Part shown: positions 56,168-64,000 of the stretch, piece by piece
How the letters are laid out: each line of letters starts with the position of its first letter
Numbering within the stretch: the stretch's first letter is position 1
Origin: a virus
Length of the DNA stretch: 64,000 bases
Direction: 5' to 3' (one strand)
Virus record (IMG/VR): IMGVR_UViG_3300030098_002071
Location: 13,759 to 77,758 of that record
The notes under the pieces: generated by a model
Seen by the model: only the letters and a program-made list of their open reading frames with translations
What the model was told of the DNA's origin: nothing
Databases searched by the model: none
Translations under genes and position numbers: made by a program

Positions 56168-56810
56168 TAGTTGCTCCTAATAAATTTAATCCACCTACAG
56201 GCACAACTGCCTTTAATATATTACCTGATTTTGCATCTTCAGGGTTGAACTTGCCAAATATAGACCTTACATCTTCAGGGTAAAACAATCCAACTGTTCC
56301 TGGCTCACTCGTTTTATATCCTCTAAAGCCTAATTTTTTAAGAACTTTTTGTACATCTGGATCTTCTAGATATTTGTAATTTCCTTCACCAATTTCATTA
56401 ACATATTGAAGCCAAGCATAATCTCTATAATTTTTTTTTGAAAAAGCAGATCTTAAATTAGTTTCTAATTTTTCCATTTGCTTTTTATTTGTAAAATCAA
56501 ATATTTTTCCTTTTTTTATTTTAACAGGGTAGGTTGTATAAGGTTCAAATTCCTTATCTCCAAGCTCATCAAATGAGTATCTGGCTTCTTCTAATTCTTC
56601 CAGTATGTCTTCAGCATATGTAGGGTCTGATGTAAAATATATGGCACCTCTTGTTGCTCTATCACCAAAGGATGATGGGTAATCGACTTCAAATTTTTCA
56701 ATATCTGGGTTTGGTGAAACATGGTAATAGGTCTTTTTGCGAAAACTTTTTAAAAAGTCAGAAGCATTCTCAATACCTTCCTTTGCTAATTTTTTAAGAA
56801 CACCAGCCAC
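56148..56810 (-). CDS. Putative ADP-ribosyltransferase (ART-PolyVal-like)
   Basis: YYHVS...I..F...GAIYFTSDP.YA...YPV...GF.G.....V..F.PEDVRSIF.KFNP pattern. Confidence 0.65.
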   Translation of the reverse strand: MAGVLKKLAKEGIENASDFLKSFRKKTYYHVSPNPDIEKFEVDYPSSFGDRATRGAIYFTSDPTYAEDILEELEEARYSFDELGDKEFEPYTTYPVKIKKGKIFDFTNKKQMEKLETNLRSAFSKKNYRDYAWLQYVNEIGEGNYKYLEDPDVQKVLKKLGFRGYKTSEPGTVGLFYPEDVRSIFGKFNPEDAKSGNILKAVVPVGGLNLLGATNGESEN

Positions 56811-56813
56811 AAC

Positions 56814-57071
56814 TCACCAAGCCTTGCACGACCAGTAACGTGCCTTTGTTTTTGGACCAGGATTATCGCAGTTGTGTCTTGAGCGGAAATTACTCCTACG
56901 ACCTTTTTGGTTTTTCTTAATACGCATATTCGGATCACCAAACGTCACACGCTTCACCCTATCCCCATCCATGACGTAAACCACGCTTTTCTTTTTCCCA
57001 TAGCTGGTTTCCCCCTTTCTAATTCTTCGAGGGTTGTTGAGCTTTACTTTTTTGCCTTTATACTCTGCCAT
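56814..57071 (-). CDS. Small basic protein (DUF6321-like)
   Basis: V.FGDPNM.IK....RR.NFR.RHNCD....K.KARYWSC. Confidence 0.75.
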   Translation of the reverse strand: MAEYKGKKVKLNNPRRIRKGETSYGKKKSVVYVMDGDRVKRVTFGDPNMRIKKNQKGRRSNFRSRHNCDNPGPKTKARYWSCKAW

Positions 57072-57223
57072 TAACTTTTGTGCACCTTTTGAATTTCAAA
57101 ACTTGCTTTAGTGCTTGCTCCCTTATGCGGTTTGTAACCACCTGCCGGATTTTTCATTAACTTATAACTGTTACCAGATTTCATCCAGTGGAAACCTTTT
57201 GGTGCTTGTACGGATTTTTTCAT
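57071..57223 (-). CDS. Small basic protein (50 aa)
   Basis: Hand-translated MKKSVQAPKGFHWMKSG...YKPHKGAS.KASF. Confidence 0.65.
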   Translation of the reverse strand: MKKSVQAPKGFHWMKSGNSYKLMKNPAGGYKPHKGASTKASFEIQKVHKS

Positions 57224-57372
57224 GATCGTTTTCTCCTAACAGTTTTTGCTGCTGATTTAAAATTAGCCTTTGTTGGTGAGCCTTTAGCTCCTGGTTTTTT
57301 CATACGCTCACCAGACCCAGCTTTGATTCTTTTACGCTTTGCGTGTATGTTTGCGTATAGTCCTTTTTTCAT
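57220..57372 (-). CDS. Small basic protein (50 aa)
   Basis: Hand-translated MKKGLYANIHAKRKRIKAGSGERMKKPGAKGSPTKANFKSAAKT. Confidence 0.7.
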   Translation of the reverse strand: MKKGLYANIHAKRKRIKAGSGERMKKPGAKGSPTKANFKSAAKTVRRKRS

Positions 57373-57620
57373 GTTTTCTTCTTTTTCAATAAATCTGCGT
57401 CAGCTTTTCTCGCACCACCCTTACCACTCACAAAACTATTAACCCTGCCTCTAGCCCAAGCAGTCATACTCACATTTTTACTACCACTGCTCAAATAAGC
57501 ACCTTTGCCTCGGTTCAGAACATTTTTCAGCTGACCATAAGTAAATTTGCTATTTTTAGCTTTATCTTTTAAAAATTTTTCATCACTTTTGCTTACTTTA
57601 GGTTTTGGCTTGTTTGGCAC
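57369..57620 (-). CDS. Small basic protein (DUF5824-like)
   Basis: L..V..RG.GAY.SSGS......WA..RVNSF......K.D.DL. Confidence 0.7.
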   Translation of the reverse strand: MPNKPKPKVSKSDEKFLKDKAKNSKFTYGQLKNVLNRGKGAYLSSGSKNVSMTAWARGRVNSFVSGKGGARKADADLLKKKKT

Positions 57621-57786
57621 GACTCTCGCTCACTTTCTTAATGTTTATGTATTGACCCTTTTTGTACTTTTCTCTTGTTGATAAAATTTCTTTTTCTTTT
57701 GCTTTTTTGTTCCTTGCTCCCGAGAGATAGCTCTTAGGAACTCCTTTTTTAGTTTTTGCAACTTTTCTAAACTTTCTTGCTACCAT
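57598..57786 (-). CDS. Small basic protein
   Basis: GVPKSYLSG motif; Lys-rich. Confidence 0.65.
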   Translation of the reverse strand: MVARKFRKVAKTKKGVPKSYLSGARNKKAKEKEILSTREKYKKGQYINIKKVSESRAKQAKT

Positions 57787-57901
57787 TTTTATATCCTGAT
57801 GCGTAAATTGCTCGACCTTGTTTTTCGGCTTGTTTTCGGGTTTTATATATTTTACCTGATTTTCCCCAACGATAACCGTTTTTGACTTTATAGACTGGCA
57901 T
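57767..57901 (-). CDS. Small basic protein (44 aa)
   Basis: Hand-translated MPVYKVKNGYRWGKSGKIYKTRKQAEKQGRAIYASGYK; TAATG coupling. Confidence 0.65.
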   Translation of the reverse strand: MPVYKVKNGYRWGKSGKIYKTRKQAEKQGRAIYASGYKNGSKKV

Positions 57902-58671
57902 TACTTTTTCTTTTTAACTTGTTCTCGAATCCATTCAAGTTTATCATCGAATGTAATATTTCTAAATGATTTAAGTTTTTTGTAATAAGGTGTTTCTTCT
58001 ATGCCTTTGCTTTTTATCCACTCTATAATAGCGTCTTCCTCATTTTCTGGAGCATCGGGACCATGCTCAAGTCGAAATGCTTCTGTCGTTATATCATCAC
58101 CAGCAACACCACCATAATCAACTGTTTTGTCACCAAAGTATTTCTTTTTGACATCAGCAACAGCTTTTGTTAGCTCTCGTCCATCCTCTGTTTCATCATA
58201 CTCAATAGTGTCAAGCACCTCTATGTTCGCTCCTTTGGAGAATGCTTCGGGTGATTGGTGGTAAGTATCGTTATTTTCAAAATAGTTTAAATATTCAGCC
58301 ATGTCTTTTTCCAAAAGCTCTTTTTTAGAGATCGGATCTCCTGTTCTTACCTCCCAGAGGTCTTTGAGAAAATTCATCATTTGATCAAAGCTCTTGAATA
58401 CTGTCCCACCAAAGGATTTAATTTCTCCTGGTGGTCCAATAATTGGCTCCTGCTCTAATCCTTTTTCAATTAAAGTTGTCAACACTCCACGAGGCAATGC
58501 GGTTTGAGCTACTGTACTTCCTGCCCTTTTTAAAAATTCCCTGCGAGAAGGGACAAACTCCTGCTTTTTCAAAGGTACAAGAGCACCTGCACTCTTAGTC
58601 TCTTCTAAATTGCCTAAAGAACCTAAATCTTTGGGCAATAAAGTCTTTATTATTTTGGTAATTTTAGCCAT
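57901..58671 (-). CDS. Twin-arginine-motif protein 1 (shared leader, acidic C-domain)
   Basis: SRREFLK at residue 42; first ~65 aa nearly identical to 58671-59267. Confidence 0.75.
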   Translation of the reverse strand: MAKITKIIKTLLPKDLGSLGNLEETKSAGALVPLKKQEFVPSRREFLKRAGSTVAQTALPRGVLTTLIEKGLEQEPIIGPPGEIKSFGGTVFKSFDQMMNFLKDLWEVRTGDPISKKELLEKDMAEYLNYFENNDTYHQSPEAFSKGANIEVLDTIEYDETEDGRELTKAVADVKKKYFGDKTVDYGGVAGDDITTEAFRLEHGPDAPENEEDAIIEWIKSKGIEETPYYKKLKSFRNITFDDKLEWIREQVKKKK

Positions 58672-59267
58672 TAATCACCAGCATCATACTTTAATTTTGA
58701 TTGAGGTATAACATTAGCAAAAATTTTAGGAGCACCAGAAAAAAGTGATCCAAATTTATCAAATATTTCTTGATCAGTTGCCTCAGGATATTTTTCTCTT
58801 AGCTCATCAACCATATCTTCGAGAAAACTCCCCTCAAAATCTTCTACATCTCCTATCTCCATTTCTAATAAATCTTTAATAAAATCAGCCTCATCCATGT
58901 CCATCATAAGCTCCGAGTCCATCTCCCGACCTTCATCAACTGCCATTTCAACTAACTGATCCATTTTATTTTTAAAAGAACTTAAACCGCTTAAACTTAA
59001 ACTAGGAAGAGAGGGCGTTTTAATTGCTTCTTTTGCTAAAGGAGTTTTAATTGCTTCTTTTGCTAAAGTTGCTAATGCCCCACGAGGCAATGCGGTTTGA
59101 ACTGCTGTGCTTCCTGCCTTTTTTAAAAACTCCCTACGAGAAGGGACAACTTCCTGTTTGTCCAGAGGCACAAGAGCACCTGCACTTTTAGCCTCTTCTA
59201 AATTGCCTAAAGATCCTAAGTCTTTGGGCAGAAGACTCTTTATTACTTTGGTAATTAGTCTGGCCAA
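58671..59267 (-). CDS. Twin-arginine-motif protein 2 (shared leader, very acidic C-domain)
   Basis: SRREFLK at residue 43; TTG start after GGAG. Confidence 0.75.
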   Translation of the reverse strand: MARLITKVIKSLLPKDLGSLGNLEEAKSAGALVPLDKQEVVPSRREFLKKAGSTAVQTALPRGALATLAKEAIKTPLAKEAIKTPSLPSLSLSGLSSFKNKMDQLVEMAVDEGREMDSELMMDMDEADFIKDLLEMEIGDVEDFEGSFLEDMVDELREKYPEATDQEIFDKFGSLFSGAPKIFANVIPQSKLKYDAGD

Positions 59268-59270
59268 TAC

Positions 59271-59552
59271 TTACTCCACAAGTCTTAACGGATCATGACC
59301 TAAAAGTTTATCCATCATCTCCCGAGCATCACCCTTACCCATCTTTACAATTTTAACTTCGCCATGAGGTTCGCTTTCCATCATCTCCTCGTCCTCGTCA
59401 CCAAAGCCCAACATCTCGTGATTGCAAAGCAACATAAAATTGACGAGCTGACCGTCGGTCATTTCAAGTCCTGCACTGTTATGAGCAAAGCCCATCTTGT
59501 TTTCAAAATCACTTGCCAAAACATCAATATTTTCTACATCAATACTAGCCAT
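59271..59552 (-). CDS. Acidic hypothetical protein
   Basis: AGGAG RBS; operon packing. Confidence 0.7.
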   Translation of the reverse strand: MASIDVENIDVLASDFENKMGFAHNSAGLEMTDGQLVNFMLLCNHEMLGFGDEDEEMMESEPHGEVKIVKMGKGDAREMMDKLLGHDPLRLVE

Positions 59553-59748
59553 CTTGTTCTCCTAAATTTTTTATTATACTACTAAAAGCACCGAGACTTG
59601 CTCCCTCAGCACCCATTCTACGTTTTATCTCCTCTATCTTTCTAAGCAGATATTCCGACATTTCAGCGTCCATGGGCTGTGCTGGTAGTTGCGAAGGAGC
59701 TTGGTTGCCTGAGAATGCTGCTGGATTAATTGGTGGGAGGTTGTACAT
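59545..59748 (-). CDS. Hypothetical protein
   Basis: Overlaps the portal stop; operon packing. Confidence 0.6.
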   Translation of the reverse strand: MYNLPPINPAAFSGNQAPSQLPAQPMDAEMSEYLLRKIEEIKRRMGAEGASLGAFSSIIKNLGEQDG

Positions 59749-62158
59749 TTTTCATTGCTTCCATTTGTATTTTTGCAGCGTTCTTTTCACGCTCCAGTTG
59801 TAAGTCAGCTTCTAATTTCCTGACCTTTGCCTCAAGGTCGGCTCGTGCCTTGGCTGCGTCTATTTCCATGTCTTGACGGGCTTCGGCTTGTTTAATCTGA
59901 ATGTCGGACTGTGCTTTGGCTTGGTCGGCAGCAATCTGAGCTTGTGTCCGTTGTTGTAGTGATTGAGCCTCAAGCTCGGCAAGTTGTTGCGCATATTGTA
60001 ATGGATCTCTCTGTTGTTGACCTCCCATATTAGCAATCCCGGCAATGGCTTGCATTTGAGGTGCCTGTTGAACCACTTGTGCAGCTCTCTGGCTAATCAT
60101 CATGTCGGTTTCCGGATCAATGTCCTCAAACTTAAATTGCGGATCACGTAAATTAGGCAAATTAGGCAACGGCATTGCGATACTTTCTTGCATTCGTTGA
60201 CGGTACAGCAACGCAATATGCTCGGCAATGTGAGCAGTTAGTATTGGTCCCATACTTTGTTGAGCAACAGGGTTGCCAGCCAGCGACGGATCTTGCATAA
60301 ACTGCATGTGAACCAAGATGTGTGCCTGATGATCTTGCTCAGGAAAAGCTCGGATCGCTTTGCCGTACATCACCGACATGTTCTCATCAATGGGATCAAG
60401 CCTCACAGCCTCGTCCGGCTCTTTTAAAACTTCCTCAATATTGGGTATCCGGATTGCTTCGTACATTCGCTTGTAAGCATTGTATCGGTCGTGGAGTTCG
60501 GGAGCACTATTTGCCATCTCAAGAATCGCCTGTGCTTGGGCAATGCGTTGTGCTGTGCTAAATATATTCGGGTCACTGACCGGAACAATGTCCACTCGCT
60601 CGTCAAAGTCTCTAGCATAAATAAAAGCATTGGCTCCTGCAACGCTAAACTCTAACTGCTCCGGCATATACTCTGCGTCTAATTGTGCTAACAGTTTAAA
60701 CTCTTCTCCTTGAGAGTGGTGAAGCCGTTTGTGAATAGCACTGAAACTTTTACTGCCTTGCTCTATTAAAGCAACCGTAGAACCAACTGGAGCGTTTGGG
60801 TTAACATCTCCAACATTTAAATCTGCTGTGGCTGCAAACCTCTGCCCAGCCTCAACAATAAACCCTAGCAACTGAAACAAAGTGCCACTGGGCTCTTTAA
60901 ACGGTAACGGCATAATGCTTTTATTTATGTCGTCAACAGTTGCGTCTAAATCTACAAACTCTCCAGGATTAACTTCTAAATCACCACCGGACACTCTGCC
61001 CTTTAACTTGAAGCCACCTTGCATATTGGCAAAACTAGCCGAGTCAAGCAAAGCTCTCAATGCACCAGTTGCAGCCTTACCCAAACCACCAATCAGATGA
61101 AAAAGTCCAAAACCGTAAAACCCTATCCCTGGAAGAAATTTATAGCTAACAAACCAGTTGCGACGTTCTTTGTTCTCGTCGTCTTCGTGCCAGTTTCTTC
61201 GCACACTTACAATTTTTTCTGAATCCGCATCTATTGTAACAACATACGGCAACGCCACCTCGTCCTCTTCTTGCTCGTCTTCAAACGATTGATAAACGTG
61301 CATCTCCAGCAACGTCATTATTTTATCTTGCGTTCCTTCACCGTACTTATCCACACCTTCAATCTGACCCACTGTGTCGTCACCATACTGTGCATTGTCT
61401 GGGTCGCTTTTGACAGCCATATAGTAACCATTTTGAACATATTTGTTATATTCATTTTTTGGCATCCTTATAACATGAGTGTAACGAACCGATGTTCTCA
61501 AATCATTACTCTCTGGCGAAACAACAAAGTCTTCTGCCCTCACAAACATGCTACGTTGGCGTTGGAGGTTAGCGTCCCACCATATTTTTTTAAATGTATG
61601 ACCAATTAACGGGAGTTGAAAAAGCATCTGATCTAGGTCAGGGAAATACTCCGGCATCTCCTGAGTAATTTGGTAGTTCAGAAACTCTCTAACTCTGCGA
61701 GCTTGGTCTTCTAGTTCTTCGTTTGGTTCGCCAATGATAACTGTTTTAACTGGACCACCCGAAGGATACAGCTCGGCAATAGCACGAGCATTGAACTGGG
61801 TTGCAGCCTCGGCAATCATCGGGTGAATAACAGTGCTCAATCCCCGACTGGCTCGTTCTTCTTCGCCTTCTTCTAAACCACCCTCAACATCTAATGTCTT
61901 CAGCCCAGACTTGTAACGATTCTCCCACTCGGATCTTGATTCTCGGTCGTTGTTGTAATAGCCCATGAGCTGACTACCAATCCGATCAAGCGTTTTGTGA
62001 TCCATGTCCTCAGCCAAGTTATCATCAAATGCGGAATCTTTTTCTGGCGGTAAATCAGAATCAGGATCTCCAATCAAAACATCATTGCCTAAAACCTCAA
62101 TCTGTAAATCATCCGGTGGTGCTCCCTCTGCAAAGGGAATATTATCATTCTCAGCCAT
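59726..62158 (-). CDS. Portal protein
   Basis: FDDNLAE...SR.EW, HPMIAEA..QF.ARA..EL.P..GPVKT, PG.GFYGFGL.HLIG, PLPFKEPS; Gln-rich C-terminal barrel; follows TerL. Confidence 0.9.
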   Translation of the reverse strand: MAENDNIPFAEGAPPDDLQIEVLGNDVLIGDPDSDLPPEKDSAFDDNLAEDMDHKTLDRIGSQLMGYYNNDRESRSEWENRYKSGLKTLDVEGGLEEGEEERASRGLSTVIHPMIAEAATQFNARAIAELYPSGGPVKTVIIGEPNEELEDQARRVREFLNYQITQEMPEYFPDLDQMLFQLPLIGHTFKKIWWDANLQRQRSMFVRAEDFVVSPESNDLRTSVRYTHVIRMPKNEYNKYVQNGYYMAVKSDPDNAQYGDDTVGQIEGVDKYGEGTQDKIMTLLEMHVYQSFEDEQEEDEVALPYVVTIDADSEKIVSVRRNWHEDDENKERRNWFVSYKFLPGIGFYGFGLFHLIGGLGKAATGALRALLDSASFANMQGGFKLKGRVSGGDLEVNPGEFVDLDATVDDINKSIMPLPFKEPSGTLFQLLGFIVEAGQRFAATADLNVGDVNPNAPVGSTVALIEQGSKSFSAIHKRLHHSQGEEFKLLAQLDAEYMPEQLEFSVAGANAFIYARDFDERVDIVPVSDPNIFSTAQRIAQAQAILEMANSAPELHDRYNAYKRMYEAIRIPNIEEVLKEPDEAVRLDPIDENMSVMYGKAIRAFPEQDHQAHILVHMQFMQDPSLAGNPVAQQSMGPILTAHIAEHIALLYRQRMQESIAMPLPNLPNLRDPQFKFEDIDPETDMMISQRAAQVVQQAPQMQAIAGIANMGGQQQRDPLQYAQQLAELEAQSLQQRTQAQIAADQAKAQSDIQIKQAEARQDMEIDAAKARADLEAKVRKLEADLQLEREKNAAKIQMEAMKNVQPPTN

Positions 62159-63659
62159 ACACTGTCATCCTTTTCTTTGGCAACTCGTCTTCGCCATCAT
62201 AATCAGCCGAGTGTGTCACAAACCATCCTTTGCGTAACCTCAGCCATGCTTGTGTGCAAGTATCCACAATATCATCATTGTCTCCTGCAGGAAATGCTGC
62301 ACAAATATCTATTAAGTCTTTTGCCCAATTACGATTAGAAGGATAAAATATTCTGCCATCCTCTAGCAAAGCAGAGCTGGCATGAGCACGAGCCTGTTTA
62401 TCTCGGTCAGGTGTATAGGCAATAACAGGAACTCCTGCCATACGTAAATCCTGAATTAAACTCTGGCCACTGGCTTTCTTTTCAATTAACACTGCGTCTG
62501 GCTCATATTCGTCATAGCTCTCCTGAGCAATTTTGCGTAACTCCGGATATATTACCCTATCATACCACATATCTAAAACAATTGCATTAATTTGACCCTT
62601 CTCCCTAAACACTCCCCAAGTAGTCCGAGCAGAATAAGATGTTTGCTCCTTTGTCCCATAAGCAGTGTCCCAACTTTGTAGTATATACTCAATTTCAGGA
62701 AGATACTCATTTTCCCATGGCACCCACCACTCTTTTTTTAATATTCCGCCACCTTTAGGCATTGGGCGTTGCTGCAGTTGACCAGCCGAAGCATAACTGC
62801 CCAAACTTTTCTCCAACACACTCATAGTTTTACTATCAACCCTTTCTGGCCAAAGCAACTCGCCCTCCTCAGTACGAGGGTCAGTAAAAAACAAACTTGA
62901 GCGAGTAGGTGTCGGATGACCGATCTCGTATCTGGCTGGAAGGCAGAGATGATCCCACTCGCCCTCTAGATCATTAGCGAGTATGTGCCCAGTAAGGTCT
63001 TGTTCATGCACTCGTTGCATTATCAGAACAAACGCTCCAGTCTTCGGGTCATTAAGGCGAGTTTGCATGGCTTGATCCCACCATTCAAGAACACCCTCTC
63101 GGACAGTGCTCGACTCTGCCTCTCTAACATTGTGCGGATCATCAATCACAATAATGTCTCCACCCTCACCAGTTAACGCTCCGTCCACTGAGGTTGCTAT
63201 CCGGTAACCAGTCTTGCTGTTCTCAAACCGTTGCTTCTGATTCTGATCAGTGGTCAGCTCAAACATATCTCCAAAGTGCATTTTGTACCAAGGAGAATCT
63301 ATAAGCCTTCGGCATTTAACCGAGTCTCTAATCGACAGGCTGGAGGCGTAGCTGGCAAACAAAAAGCGTTTCTCTGGCTGAACAGCCCAAGTCCATGCAG
63401 GAAGTGCCACTGCCACCGAAATTGATTTCATGTGCCTTGGTGGAATGTTTATGATCAGTCTGCGGATCTTCCCCTCTACAACTGCCTGTAAATGGTCAGA
63501 TATTGCGTCTATGTGCCAATTATCGTAAAAATCCCGTCCAGGTTCAATCGTTGGCCAAGAGCTCTTTGTGAACTCCCTTAACGACCTCCGCATCTTCTCT
63601 GCTCGGATCTCCGTCAATGACAGCGTGCTCAAGTACTCGTTCAATCGTTGTGAGGTCAT
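62151..63659 (-). CDS. terL: Terminase large subunit (phage B)
   Basis: RLIINIPPRHMKS, TGEGGDIIVIDDP, IMQR, nuclease SWDTA, IEKKASG, FP...DD.VD. Confidence 0.95.
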   Translation of the reverse strand: MTSQRLNEYLSTLSLTEIRAEKMRRSLREFTKSSWPTIEPGRDFYDNWHIDAISDHLQAVVEGKIRRLIINIPPRHMKSISVAVALPAWTWAVQPEKRFLFASYASSLSIRDSVKCRRLIDSPWYKMHFGDMFELTTDQNQKQRFENSKTGYRIATSVDGALTGEGGDIIVIDDPHNVREAESSTVREGVLEWWDQAMQTRLNDPKTGAFVLIMQRVHEQDLTGHILANDLEGEWDHLCLPARYEIGHPTPTRSSLFFTDPRTEEGELLWPERVDSKTMSVLEKSLGSYASAGQLQQRPMPKGGGILKKEWWVPWENEYLPEIEYILQSWDTAYGTKEQTSYSARTTWGVFREKGQINAIVLDMWYDRVIYPELRKIAQESYDEYEPDAVLIEKKASGQSLIQDLRMAGVPVIAYTPDRDKQARAHASSALLEDGRIFYPSNRNWAKDLIDICAAFPAGDNDDIVDTCTQAWLRLRKGWFVTHSADYDGEDELPKKRMTVYG

Positions 63660-63972
63660 TGTCTGATAGCCTTGTTACATCTAAAATTTTATGTTGCTCA
63701 ACTTGAGCTTTTATCTCTACTGCTTTTAAATCTGGTACACATTTCCCGAGCAAAGTCTTTGCTGCCATGACTCTTAGTTCGGGGTCAGCGGAAATCTTGC
63801 CAATGTTTTGAACTTCACCATTTTCTTGCTGGCTATAGACAGGAAAAATCTCTTTACCCTGCATAACTTGCGATAAAAACCCCACCGGATCTGCTTGTCC
63901 CATTATCCAGTTTACCGTTGCATGATGGTTCCATTTGTATGGTTCTTTTCTAGCTTTCTTTTGGTTCTTCAT
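63544..63972 (-). CDS. Putative terminase small subunit (phage B; true start may lie outside the window)
   Basis: Overlaps the TerL start; R..AA..LL.K..PDLKAVE...LSD.DL pattern. Confidence 0.65.
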   Translation of the reverse strand: MKNQKKARKEPYKWNHHATVNWIMGQADPVGFLSQVMQGKEIFPVYSQQENGEVQNIGKISADPELRVMAAKTLLGKCVPDLKAVEIKAQVEQHKILDVTRLSDNDLTTIERVLEHAVIDGDPSREDAEVVKGVHKELLAND

Positions 63973-64000
63973 TGGTTCAACCGACTGAAACCTACCATTC

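Noticed and set aside
23600-63425. The many + strand ORFs opposite virion genes (e.g. 29321-29839, 31426-32094, 46431-46976)
   Set aside because: Antisense shadows of long - strand genes, with no RBS or recognisable motifs.
1-64000. Stop-codon reassignment, DGR/reverse transcriptase, tRNAs, introns or inteins
   Set aside because: Core genes are intact and of normal length in the standard code, and I saw no RT motif, cloverleaf or intein signature. tRNAscan and HMM searches would be needed to exclude them formally.

Overview
The whole window is tailed dsDNA phage sequence (podovirus-like, AT-rich, standard genetic code). No host genes, rRNA, tRNA, CRISPR array or integrase were recognised. 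On the + strand, 1.5-23.3 kb holds early and replication genes: sigma70-type promoters, many small ORFs, a DUF3150-like/MoxR-AAA/peptidase-vWA triad, VRR-NUC, family A DNA polymerase (Leu762 type), PD-(D/E)XK exonuclease, HNH, SNF2 helicase, two SSB-like genes and a primase-DUF927 helicase. On the - strand, 23.3-64 kb is one long virion and lysis region: TerS, TerL, portal, an accessory cassette, GroES, scaffold, capsid, tail, fibres, holin, M15 endolysin and internal/ejection proteins, including a 2384-aa polyvalent protein. A second, different TerS/TerL pair sits at the left end (1-944), and two homologous tail-fibre genes meet at about 43-45 kb. The window is therefore probably two related phages joined there (A about 1-43.8 kb, B about 44-64 kb), by misassembly or recombination. 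The strongest candidates for undescribed biology are: (i) a portal-to-scaffold cassette of putative capsid-loaded effectors (ART-like, ParB-like, and two paralogues with a perfect twin-arginine SRREFLK motif and swapped acidic C-termini); (ii) six copies of a 28-bp palindromic operator-like site across the early region; (iii) a repeat-built early/terminus region with identical hairpin-RBS spacers, iteron-like 9-mers and a possible G-quadruplex. Family assignments come from motif recognition by eye, not database searches.
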